Shown in pieces: positions 40,247-52,532 of a stretch of 64,000 bases of DNA. The DNA is taken from assembly GCA_951406725.2 (NCBI GenBank), contig OX597818.1, positions 80,042,001-80,106,000 of the forward strand, written 5' to 3'. Made by a program: the position numbers and the translations under genes. The stretch is from Octopus vulgaris (taxonomy: Eukaryota). Under the pieces are notes generated by a model that was not told where the DNA came from, made no database searches, and saw only the letters and a program-made list of their open reading frames with translations. Each line of letters starts with the position of its first letter. Position 1 is the stretch's first letter.

Positions 40247-41133
40247 CACAATTTAATAAATAAAACATATGCATACATACATATATGTACATACCTACAT
40301 CTATATGTATATATACATGTATATATACAGGACACCACAAATAAACGAAGAATACAACGAGAAACGAAAACATAAAATCAAACAAGGAAACGGACTTTTT
40401 TTAACAACGAAAAAACAGAGTACAAGACAAACAATACAAGAAATATTCCCCTTCTTCAGCTGCCCCTGTTTCGACTCAATGCGTGTTTCGAAGGTAAGGG
40501 CAGAACACGATCCGGCCGAAGCAATCCTTCCTGCAAAATGAATTAAATAAAATTCTTTTGCAGAGGGGTAAAAAAAAGTGACAAGAACAGGACGTAAAAG
40601 CAATACAAATGAAGAAGAAAAAGCAGTACAAATAAAGAATAAAAAACAGGACAAGGAAACCAACAATAAGGACTTTTTTAAGCCTAGACGGTGGAAAAAT
40701 TCGTTAGAACGCATTCTGAAGATCGGCTTGCGGAAGACAGAAGAAAGCCGATGTTGACTTGTTGAAAGCTGTGGGCAGAAAGAAATTTAGTAGCCCTCCG
40801 GTCAGCGGCCAGAGAGAGGAGGAGGAGGAGGAGGAGTGAGAGAGAGAGAGAGAGAGAGAGGAGGAGGAGGAGGAGGAGGAGGAGGAGGAGTGAGAGAGAA
40901 AGAGAGGAAAAGAAACCAGAAAGGGTAAAAAATAAGAAGGAGAGAGACAGGTAGAGAGGAAGACAGACAGGCAGGGAGGAAAGGTCAAGTAAAGAGTTAA
41001 GAGTGCGCATCATAATTATTGAAATAAAACATATATATATGTCTGTGTGTCTGTGTGTGTGTACAAAAATGTTCATACAGAACCAAAAGAGAAGACAAAG
41101 AAACAAAATAAACTAGCAAAAAATTATTGGATA

Positions 41134-41192
41134 ATTCCAGATCCCGGATTTCTAGCTCTGCAAAAAAAATTCTTTGCCTTCATCAGTGGAAT
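41134..41192 (-). ncRNA. Putative type-I hammerhead ribozyme, intact core
   Basis: Minus: auucca-CUGAUGA-aggc...gcua-GAAA-uccggg-AUC-uggaau; 6-bp helix I, near-palindromic helix III. Confidence 0.65.
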
Positions 41193-41243
41193 ATATGCAA
41201 ATAGTACATAAATAGAAATATATATATATAGTTGTTGTGTGTA

Positions 41244-41287
<44 letters not shown>

Positions 41288-41308
41288 ATTTATGTACTAT
41301 TTGCATAT

Positions 41309-41367
41309 ATTCCACTGATGAAGACAAAGCATTTCTTATGCAGAGCCAAAAATCCGGGATCTGGAAT
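41309..41367 (+). ncRNA. Hammerhead motif, mirror copy with G12 to A change
   Basis: auucca-CUGAUGA-agac...gcca-AAAA-uccggg-AUC-uggaau. Confidence 0.5.
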
Positions 41368-41658
41368 TATCCAATAATTTTTTTGCTAGTTTATTTTGTC
41401 TCTTTGTCTTCTCTCCTGGAGCTATATGAACATTTAATGTAGTTTTAGTCAAGTTTTGGCTAGCATGGTAGTATCTCTTTTTTTTTATCTAGTTTCAGCT
41501 CACGAGCTGTGGCCATGCTGGGGCACCGCCATTTCGATACCTTTAATTATAATTTTTATTACCTATGTGGTTTTTATTCCCATGCTAGCCACCTGATATA
41601 ATCGGTATTTTGAATAACGATCTTATCCTTATTTATATAAATATATATATATATGTAT

Positions 41659-41720
<62 letters not shown>

Positions 41721-41726
<6 letters not shown>

Positions 41727-41838
41727 TAGATCTGAAGATTGGCAATATAATCGTTTTAATATGGTATTGTATTTAGAGACATTCTATTTCAGCAACATCG
41801 AGGAATATGTTGTCGTGAAACGCGCGTAGAAAGTATAT
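41721..41838 (+). ncRNA. Hammerhead-like motif with long helix II
   Basis: CUGAAGA-u-uggcaauau...auguugucg-u-GAAA-cgcgc-GUA; palindrome ACGCGCGU; proximal helix I is decayed. Confidence 0.45.
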
Positions 41839-42000
41839 GATTTGAAATAAGAACTGAAGGTATTAATTTTGATAATTTGGAATAAGAATTGTAGGTATTA
41901 ATTTTGGTAACTTTAATATTTAGTCCTATATGTACCTATTGTGGATAATGTCGTTCAATGATGATTGAGTTACTTGATGGTGATTCTGTCTCTTAAACCT

Positions 42001-42299
<299 letters not shown>

Positions 42300-42511
42300 T
42301 GTTTCTTTATTAGCCACACAGGGCTGCACACAGACAGAACAAATTACAAGGTAGAGCTTATAGATAGATAGATATGAGTTCAGCAAAAATTTAGATTCAG
42401 ATGAATATGGTACTTAAGTTGAGGCAACAGAATTTAGTACGGTATTATCCATTCAATTTCAAAATAAGGTGATTAGAATCAAAATAAGCAACAAGGATAT
42501 CCGGAGGATAA

Positions 42512-42597
42512 TGCAGTACGATCGTTTCACGCAACTTTATTTAATTGAACAATTCAACCATTACATCAATATAAATGCAAAGCAATCCTCAACTGCA
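42512..42597 (-). ncRNA. Hammerhead-like motif (C3 to U) in a Penelope-like remnant (~42375-42620)
   Basis: Minus: ugcag-UUGAGGA-u-ugc...gcg-u-GAAA-cgauc-GUA-cugca; 5-bp helix I; palindrome ACGAUCGU. Confidence 0.55.
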
Positions 42598-43257
42598 CAA
42601 AGACATAGAATTTAATTAAATTAATACAGATGGACACATTAGTATAATTTTTGAATTTGTTCGAAAAGGACTTTCACTTTGAGCAATTTATTCCCACTCT
42701 ATTGACGAGTGCATTTTTCCTGCTTTATGGACTCTTAGACGACTTGCACACACATTGTGAGTGTATGTCTGTGTGTGTGCAAAATAAAAATTGAAATTTT
42801 GAAAAAAATTGAAATGTCTGTATATATATATATGTATATATACTGAGATGTCTATATGTATGCGCCTACCTTTTCCTCTCTTTTTTCTTTACAATATATT
42901 TCAATATAATCGTAGTCTACGCCGTCTGAAAAGCAATTGTAGAAAATTTCATAAAAAATTATCCGTTTTTCTAAAAGTTATGAGGAAACAAAATCAGAGG
43001 TAGGTGAGGCACATTTATGTAGGCATCCCAAGAATAGATGACAATATATTAATGAAATACGTAGGAAAGTTAATGAGAAATTTGTATTCAAGAAGGAAGA
43101 AACGATTGGTGCCTATCCTAACTAGAAGCTGTTGTTAAAAGTGACTGATATAAGACAACCCAGGGTTTTTCAGTGCAAAGTGACTTTATATTAGAGGCAC
43201 GGAGACCAGATATAAATCGTTGTAGAGTGATGAAGGAAAGTAATTATAAGATGCACG

Positions 43258-43803
43258 TGGGGATGTAGCAGAACTCTTTATCACATTCATTTGACTGTAA
43301 TATTAGACATCTTGTCAATTCGGTTGTTTTAACCTTAAATACTGGAGAATTTGGCTCACCAGAGCTTTTCTTGGCATCAAGTCACATGACCCAACTGTTG
43401 GCCAAATTAGTTGCAGGTATTGGTCGGTTTTAACTGCCCAATCGTGTTTTCAACACAGTTTGCTCCCAACGCAGGAAAAAGCATCTTTGCCTGTGGAACC
43501 TACTCATGATTATATAAATACCAGTTTCTCCCGCTCTTGGGGTCTTTAGACCAGCCGCCATTAACCAGACAACATCCCGTTTCACTACTGTCTTCAACCA
43601 GTCGTCGCCCATCTCCGTCGTTGCAGCAACAGACAGCAGACCACAGCCACATCATCCGACCCAACATAACTGAAGTCATTTAAATGTTTATTCCAGACTG
43701 TAATATTAACATAATTCCCTTTGGTAAACTTCTATTATTATATCGAGAGGAATATATCGTAGCTTGTTCAACTTATCCAAATCTTATCGTTCTTCTTTCC
43801 ACA
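43258..43803 (+). mobile_element. Candidate solo LTR
   Basis: TG...CA ends (TGGGGA / TTCCACA), near-TSD GCACG/TCACG, internal TATATAAATA. Confidence 0.4.
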
Positions 43804-43905
43804 TCACGTCATTATAAATGGTGACCTAATAAGCTCTTCTTGTTATATACATATCATATATGTATAGAGTGTTAGGTGTGGTGTACAGATATATATTATA
43901 TATAT

Positions 43906-43948
<43 letters not shown>

Positions 43949-43952
<4 letters not shown>

Positions 43953-44664
43953 GCGAATCCTGCATGCATAAAGTGGATTCGATCCAACATAGCCAAATTT
44001 AAATCAACACTACTACAGAACTTTTCCCACGGTGGAACAATGGTTTTTCTCTGACAGCAGTTTTACATTTTCCAGATGCCTTTAGCTAGGCTGAAATAAT
44101 GTCTTCACTACTTGACTCTTTCTAACCTCTTCTACTTCACCAAAAGCTACACTAGATAACAAGACCACCAACTAAATCTATTGTTCTCAAAGATATATCT
44201 ATCCTTCTGGATCTTAATATAAGCAAGCACATCCCAAGCAAAAATCAGTCAGTCACATCGTAACAACTCAACGAGGCCTGGCTGACCAACCTTGGTCGGA
44301 GGGAGAACTGAAGTTTTCTGTCAGACAACACCCAACGCTTCTCTCTAGCTTTAATTCTGTTCTCTTACAACATCATGCTATCTGTCTCCACAATTACTAC
44401 TAACAATGAAGAGAACCCAAACTCAAATATTCTACAGCATCTAACTTTCGCGTGCTTTTGGATTTATCATAACCTGCCCGTCGAGGCAAGGTATTGTAAC
44501 GTAACGGTAAATAAATACTTCCTTAAAACTTCATGCATTGTCAATCTTTCATATCTTACAACATGCAATTACAACAACAAATACTTATGGTTACCAATGC
44601 CTCCACCAATATCACATAACATTGTTTACCAATTGATATTACCAAATAAATTATTTCCGTTACA
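43949..44664 (+). mobile_element. Candidate solo LTR inserted in (TA)n
   Basis: TGTAGCGAA...TCCGTTACA short inverted ends, AATAAA just inside the 3' end, TA tracts on both sides. Confidence 0.5.
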
Positions 44665-44686
44665 TATAAATATATATATATATATA

Positions 44687-45075
44687 CTAGCAGTAAGGCC
44701 CGGCGTTGATCGGGTTTGTTTCGACCCTTTAGAATTGGAATTTTTGAAAAGTAAAAATTTTGCATTATGTAGCTTGTTATTCTCTTTGAGTGAACATTTT
44801 TCTGGTTGAAATGCATCGAAAAATGGCGACACAGCAGTATAAAAATCGTAAAAAAATAGGGATTTTCATAGAAAAAAAGCACCTTTTTGATGTAAATAAT
44901 TTTTGGTCTAAACATGGTCCGATTTTAATTTTATCTTCTACGGAATGAAGAGCAAGCCTTCTTCTATCATACTCTCAATTTTGGTCAACTTGCGCCGCAG
45001 AGTCACGGAGGAGATAGTGTCAGTTGAAAGCTACAAAACCTGCCATACACAGACAACTTCAGCTTTATATATAGA
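44687..45075 (-). mobile_element. Short non-autonomous Helitron
   Basis: Minus: A|TCTATATATAAAGCTG...hairpin CCCGATCAACGCCGGG...CTAG|T. Confidence 0.8.
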
Positions 45076-45960
45076 TAGTAAGTATATATATATGTGTGTG
45101 TTGTATTTTTGTATTTGTGGCCCGTTGACTTTGTTTACATCTTATCTTAAACATTTGGTGAAACAGACCGATAGCATTTTGCTACATGTAGGCGGTGGAG
45201 GGCTGTTTGAGACCTGTTGATGACTGAATGAAGCAAGATGAAAGGAATATATAGTCAGTCAATCCAGGCGCAGTTGGAACGAAGGGACATAACTAAATAC
45301 TAGGACAAATCAACCATATCTTACTCGACTATCTTTGTATTGTACACATTGGACGAACAATCCATGATAGAAGATGAAATGGTCACCATTGGTCCGTCTT
45401 TGATTATCAGTAAAATTTATCGAGATAGAAGTAATCCGCAACAATACTCTCAAGATTTAAATATTATGTGATGCTAGAGTTATTTCCCTTAGATTGAGTG
45501 GCTTTTCTTCCGACATTTTTCCTCTTAAGTTCAAATATTGTCACGGTCGATTTTGCTTTTCATCTTTTCGAGGTCAATAAAACAAGTACTAACTGAGGAT
45601 TGGGATTTATGTAATTGACTAACGCCTCCTCTAAAATTACTGGCTTTATGCCAAAGTTTGCAACAATTCATAATGAGTTCTGGCAAATTCGAAAGTAAAT
45701 GTCTCATCTTTTTCTTCGGCCATTGTCTCTTCTATTCTCATGAATCAAAGTTCTGATTTCAAATGCCACCGGGGTCGACTTTACCTTTCGTCCTTTCGGG
45801 GTTGATGAAGTAAATTCCAGTTGAGTACCGTGGTCGATGTAATCGACTATCTCTTCCCCCAAAATTTCAGGCCTTTTGCCTATATTAGAAAGGATTATTA
45901 TTGAGGCCGTTATTATTACTGTCGAGCATAGATATATATACATTTATATTCAATTATATT

Positions 45961-45998
<38 letters not shown>

Positions 45999-46245
45999 CA
46001 TACCTAGTAATTAGGCTGTTGTGCTCACGATCGAAAGATCATAGGTTTGATTCACTGGCTGGGCAGCGCGTTGAGGAAAACACTTCATTTCACATTGCTC
46101 CAGTCTCCTTTTTGATCAGAGGGATATGTTGGCCTGCTCGCCTAGCCAGTGGGGTGGCGTCATTTCAAGACTAAAACAAGGCAAAAGCGCATTGTGACTA
46201 ATGATGTGTCACAACATCTGATAGCCTGGTCAGTCATATGATGCG

Positions 46246-46284
<39 letters not shown>

Positions 46285-46414
46285 TTCATTATATTATATT
46301 ATATTATATTATATTATATTATATTATATTATATTAGAGGAAAAATCAAAACCACGGCAGAACAAGTATCTCAAGTCATTTAGAATAGTTTAATTAGGGC
46401 AAGGTGAATCTGAT

Positions 46415-46490
46415 GTCTTACAGCCGTTTCTGAGATAACCCAAGTAGTTGATTAACATATCCATGCACTGGGTATTCAATCATCAGAGAC
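46415..46490 (-). ncRNA. Putative type-I hammerhead ribozyme
   Basis: Minus: gucu-CUGAUGA-uugaauacccag...uuggguuaucuca-GAAA-cggcu-GUA-agac; helix I gucu/agac; near-palindrome ACGGCUGU. Confidence 0.65.
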
Positions 46491-46753
46491 AAGGTATAGA
46501 TATTTTAGATGGGGGAAAATTTTGTTTACAAGGAATAAAATTCATAGTTTATAAGGAATACAATAGAATAAAGGAATAAAAAGAAGAATTAAAGGGTAAA
46601 AGTACTTAGAAGATAGGCAGGGAAATAATGTTCACATCTCATCTTTTTCCAGAGGATATGGATGTTGGTTGGTACTTCCATGAAGGTACAGGTTTTTAGT
46701 TCAACTAAAAATGTCTTTGCAGCTTTATTAATAAAGTGTGTGTGTGTGTATAC

Positions 46754-46795
<42 letters not shown>

Positions 46796-47700
46796 GCACA
46801 CACACACACACACTCACACACACACACACATACACACAAAGCTTCTTTCAGTTACTGACTCACAAGACAAGTATAATCTCTAACTTGTAGACTTTCGTAA
46901 TAGCTATCACTGACACATGGAGAAGGTAAAAGACACGGAATTGGGTTCGGTCTCATTGTGGCACCTTATGCAAGTGTCTTCTACTATAGCCCAGAGCTAA
47001 CCAAACCCTAGTGAGTGGATATAATAGATACAAATTGGAAGAAGTCCATTATATATGTATGTGTTTGTGTGTGTGCGTGCTTGCCTTTTTGGCTTTTACC
47101 CACCACCACTACTTGTCTTGTGAGAACTGGTGTTGGTTGTGCCAAACATAAAGAAAAATAGGTACTGGGGTAGATTGTCATTGATTTGACAAAACCCTTC
47201 AAGGTAGCACCCCCAGCATATCAAAAGTCCAATAAATGAAACAAGTAAAAGATAAAAGGCATTGATAAAATTAATACCTGTATTTTACAGATAAGAGCAC
47301 AGATGGTCTGTCCAATACAGATTTGAAATGGAAAATAATGAAACAAAAGTCATAAATTTACTTGAGGGTGAAAATGAAAATATATAGCTTTAAAACTAAA
47401 GATGTCTCAAGATAATGCTACAGTTATATTGTAAACAAGTTATAAATCTATTCTATTCTTGACTGACTATGAAATGGTGAGGCCAGTTGACCATTTTGAG
47501 TCATTCCCTTAAAGAAAAGAACCTCTAAAGAAGAGGTTCTGTTCTTAAAACCTGAAATTGAATGAGTTTCAAAAATTGAGGAGGAGAACAAGTTCCAAAT
47601 AAGAATGACTTGCAGAGAGAAAGAACATTGTTGAATATCTATATTGCATCTAAGTTAAAAGAGATGAATGTAGTCAGACAGTTGGCCAGTTCTGTTGGAG

Positions 47701-48416
47701 ATCATCATTTAACATCCATTTTCCGTGCTAGCACATGTTGGATGGTTCGACCGGGGTCTGGGAAGCCAGGAGGCTGCACCAGGCTCCAGTCTGATCAGGC
47801 AGTGTTTCTACAGCTGGATGACCTTCCTAACGCCCACCACTCTGTGAGTGTAGTGGGTGCTTTTTACGTGCCACTGGCACAGGTGCCAGGGGAGGCTGGC
47901 AGTGGCCACAATCGGTTGGTGCTTTTTATGTGCCACCGGCACAGAAGCCAGTCAAGGCAGCGCTGGCATCAGCCACGTTTGGATGGTGCTTTTTACGTGC
48001 TGCCGGCACAGGTATCATAACTACAATTTCCATTTGATATTTATTTTGATGTTGATGTACTTGACTCAATAGGTCTCCTCAAGCACAGCAGGTCACCCTA
48101 TGATCCAAGGTAAGCACAGCAGGTCATTCTGCAATCCAAGGTACTTTGGATGGGCTGGGGCTATACGAAACTGGTGCAGGAAGTAGCCATGAACTCACAT
48201 TATTTGTCGGGTCTTTGCAGTCACAGCATATCTCCAGAGATCTTGGTCTTTCGTCATTGCGTCTGTGAGGCCCAACATTCGAAGGTCATACTTGACTACC
48301 TCGTCCCATGTCTTCCTGGGTCTACCTCTCCCCCTGATACCTTCAACTGTTTGGGAGTGGCACTTCTTCACCCATCTCTCCTCATCCATCTGCAGTACAT
48401 GACCATACCAGCGCAG
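47701..48416 (-). mobile_element. RTE LINE 3' end (ORF C-terminus, 3'UTR, (ATG)n tail)
   Basis: LRWYGHVLQMDEERWVKKC...EGIRGRGRPRKTWDEVVKYDLRMLGL...QDLWR. Confidence 0.85.
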
Positions 48417-48876
48417 AATGGAGAAGTAAAGGTAAAGGTAACATTACCTCCTCAAGTCATACTTACTCGTAAGGGCCGGTTTCCCAGTTTCATGCCATAT
48501 ATATAATCTCTACCTGGATGGGACACAGGTTCATCACAGAATTACTCATTTTTGCCAGTTGAGTGGATTGGAGCAACATGAAGTGAAGTGTTTTGCTCAA
48601 GAGCACAACATGTCACCCTGTCCAGGGATCGAAACCACAATCTTATGTCCATGAATCCAACACTCTAACCACTATGCAACACTCCTCCACTAGTGGTACT
48701 CATTTCTACAACTGAGTGGACTGGAGCAACGTGAAATGAAATGTTTTGCTCAAGAACCAAATATGTTGCCAGGTCCAGGAATCAGAACCACAATCTTATT
48801 ATCATGCATCCAACACTCTAATCACTAAGCCACACGCCTCCACTAGAATAGAGAAGTGATACTATGTTATTAAGTA

Positions 48877-49444
48877 TTAGGTTGTCTGAAAATTGTCTGT
48901 GCCGATTTATAGTAGCTTACCTTTCGACTTATTTTAGAACATGGTTGAATCCATAAAATAAGATTTGACTACACCTCCACTTAGAGCTCAGTTTAAGCTG
49001 TCTTTTCGAGGAAGAAGGTTTATGTTCCTATAACTTGTGTTAATTCTGTAACCCTTTAAAATGGATGATAAGAAAGTTCATTTTTGGCACTAGTTGCTTT
49101 GGGAACCACACAAAAATTGCTGCAGCTCGACTGGGATGTGTTACCCCACCCTCCATATTCACCAGATATTGCTCCTTCGGATTTCCACTTATTCAGGTCT
49201 CTGCAGAATAGTCCTAATGGTAAAAATTTCAATTCCTTGGATCACATAAAAAGATACCTTGATGAATTCTTTGTCATGAAACCCCCTCAATTCTGGGAAG
49301 AGAGTATTTTCAAGTTAAAGGAAAGATGGAGATGCATTATGCAACAAAATGGTTCATATTTGGTTGATTAAAAATGTAATGGCAAGTATTTATTGACCCT
49401 TTTCTTTCCTTTAAAATTCGACATGAACTTTCCAGACAACCCAA
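48877..49444 (+). mobile_element. Internally deleted mariner, copy 2
   Basis: TA-flanked TIRs; LPHPPYSPDIAPSDFHLFRSLQ; same deletion junction as 248-813. Confidence 0.92.
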
Positions 49445-49929
49445 TATTTTATACACATTTACTCCAGTGCTCAACTGGTACTTACTTTACTGACACCAAA
49501 AGGATTAAAGGCCAAGTCAACTTTGGTGGAATTTTAACTCAGAACAGAAAAATGAACAAACTTCCACTAAGCATTTTGCCCAGCATGCTAAAAATTCTGC
49601 CAGTTAACTGCTTGTATTTCACCTCAGTTTGCTTCAGTTCATTCAACTGTGAATGGGGTACCTTGCAATAAATTGGTGTACTAGGGTAAGCTGGTGACTC
49701 AAGAAAATACCCAAATAGAGGTCTCATAAGCTATGTTTTGTATTCAGTGATCAGGAGGATGAATAGTATAACCCATGCTAACTGGTTGAGATTGGTTATT
49801 CAACAATATTGAAGGATGAGCAAATTTTATAAATGGAGATTAAATTTCTAATGTGGGATTAAGCAATGAAAATTGTGATCAACACAAAAGAATGAAAGAA
49901 TTATTGCTTTTATATTCTTTCTTTCTTTT

Positions 49930-50150
49930 ATTATTTTACTTGTTTCAGTCATTTGATTGTGGCCAAGCTGGAGCACTGCCTTTAGTCGAGCAAATCGACC
50001 TCAGGACTTATACTTTGGAAGCCTAGTACTTATTCTAGCGGTCTCTTTTGCCAAACCGCTAAGTTATGGGGATGTAAACACACAAGCATCGGTTGTCAAG
50101 CGATGTTGGGGAGGACAAACACAGACACACAAACATACACACACTCACAC

Positions 50151-50181
<31 letters not shown>

Positions 50182-50340
50182 TATACAACGGGCTTCTTTC
50201 AGTTTCTATCTACCAAATCCACTCACAAGGCTTTGGTCGGCCTGAGGCTATAGTAAAAGACACTTGCCCAAGGTGCCACACAGTGGGACTGAACCCAGAA
50301 CCAAGTGGTTGGTAAGCAAGCTACTTACCACACAGTCACT
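49930..50340 (-). mobile_element. SINE family B, full length
   Basis: Reverse complement of 56372-56775. Confidence 0.88.
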
Positions 50341-51889
50341 CAAATTTTTTTAATAAATATCACACTTGACTGAGTAATCTGAATGCTAAAGGGTTATTGA
50401 TGATTATCATAATGAAACAGCTGTTAAACACAAAATATGGATTATTTGTGAAATTTATGCTATTTTGCTTGGATTTACAGCAATAAAATGAGTTGGAGTT
50501 TAATGAGTTGTTATAACAGATTTATATTTTTATGTTTATAAATCAATTTTCTATATGGTTAATTTAAACTTATTTAACATTATAAGGGTAAAATAGAAGT
50601 TGCACACAATATATGTTTTCTATCTGTTTAAAAAATCCCACTTAGATTTGATGCCAGTTTGAAAAACAGACATTAAATGAACATGAGGGTGGTGATGATG
50701 ATGGTTAGCATTACAGTATCTGTAATCTGTAATAATCAAATGCATTCATCCAATCTTATTTTTGCAAAAAATAATAATTACACTCAATTTATCATTTAAT
50801 TTACTTAATTGAAAGTATATTAGTTCCCAGAATTATTCCATCTGCTATATTAACCTTAAGCACCCATTTGCTCATAAAAGTTAAAAGACAGTATAAGCCA
50901 GAGGTAGGAATTCCTCTGCCCGTAGGCACAATTGTGCCCGTGAGCCCATTTTATTGCACCTGCAGGCTTGCATATTCCCATGTATAAAATATAGTAAATT
51001 TTTCAATTCTGAAATTTATACAATATTCATATGCCTATTTGTGACATAAGTCGCATTTCCACAACAACTTAAAATAGTTAGGCTCAAAAAGAAAGTCATC
51101 CGGTAATTGCCATTTGTATGGAAATTTTGTTTTCCCTATATAAAACATATTACTAGGTTTGTACCACTCCCTTGAGACCCAACGACACTCTAGCTAAAAT
51201 ATAAAGAATACCTCATAGGTAATATGAATGTCCTAAATTCAGTGGTGGCATTAATGAAGATGTTACGCGTTAATTTAATGTGAAACTCACAGAATCACTC
51301 CACAATAACAAGGCAGCATCTATGTGGGGGATCATTCTGCTGTAAATAGCAGCCAAATCTCTTTCAAATAACATCCTACCATCATCATTAAATGATCAAC
51401 TTTTCCATGCTTGCATGAATCAAACAAAATGTGTTAAGGCAGAGTTTCTACAGCCAGATGTCCTTCCTATCAGCAACCCTAAGGTTATAGTAGAAGTTAC
51501 TCCCTCAAGGTGCCATGCTGTGGGACTGAACCCAAGACCACATAGTTGAGAAACAAGCTTCTCAACCACACAGCCATGCCTGCACCTGTGAAAAAAAAAG
51601 GGTGGGATGACCACTGTTAGAATGCTTTACATTATAGATCTGTCAAATCAAAACTGATTTGGAATTAAACAAAGGGAAGAACTTTTTTTTTTTTTTTTTG
51701 ATAATGTAATCCCAGATAAACAATGACTGAAACAATGTTGGAATGGTCATAGCTGGAACAACTTCAATCAAAGGCCTGCTCAATGATGACAGACCTGTGG
51801 TTAAATAATATTAACATGTAAAGCAAAAAGAGTAACCAGCAAACAAAGAAAGAAACAACAAAATAAACCAAATTTCAGGTTTACAGGAA

Positions 51890-51895
51890 TTTATT
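51890..51895 (-). promoter_or_regulatory. Candidate APIP poly(A) signal
   Basis: AATAAA on -, followed ~25-55 nt later by a GU/U-rich tract (TTTGGTTTATTTTGTTGTTTCTTTCTTTGTTTG). Confidence 0.45.
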
Positions 51896-52251
51896 TCTAT
51901 AAAAACTCAAAATATAAAAACTGTCATCTTATTATTATTATTATTATTATTATAAAATCTCACAGCTTCATTATTGACTAATCTTAAACGTAGTTCTTTT
52001 TACACCTTTTAAATCGCATACCACCTATTATGGTCCTAACTGCTATAAATATACACCAGTGGTTATGTATGTACGTACATAGATACGTATGTATGCTTGT
52101 ATGGAAAAATCTTTTACATGTCAAGCCTACACTCTTCAACAGAAAGGATTAAGAGCAAAAAAGAGAGAGAGAATGAAAAAAAAATGGAAATATGTATATG
52201 TATGTATGTATATATATATATATATATATATGTATACATACATTAATATAC

Positions 52252-52298
<47 letters not shown>

Positions 52299-52353
52299 CA
52301 TACTTATATACACACACACGAAAGGCAGACATTAAATGATGATATATATATAT

Positions 52354-52532
52354 AATCAAAATAAGCAACAAGGATATCCAAAGGTACTACACTACCTTTG
52401 GATATCCTTGTTAAATTTAAATATAAATATAAATCACCCCATTTGATTTATATGGATAATACCATACCAAATTCTGGTGCCTTTAACTTAAGTACCATAT
52501 TCATCTAAATCTAAATTTTTGCTGAACTTATA
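52354..52532 (+). mobile_element. Penelope-like remnant with fold-back, same family as 42375-42520
   Basis: 52384-52530 is similar to the reverse complement of 42376-42519; 20-bp inverted arms at 52367-52386 and 52393-52412. Confidence 0.65.

Larger units (their letters stand above)
41088..41414. repeat. Inverted repeat with ~135-bp arms around a (TA)n spacer
   Basis: AGAGAAGACAAAG...AAATAGTACATAAATA pairs with TATTTATGTACTATTT...CTTTGTCTTCTCT. Confidence 0.92.
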
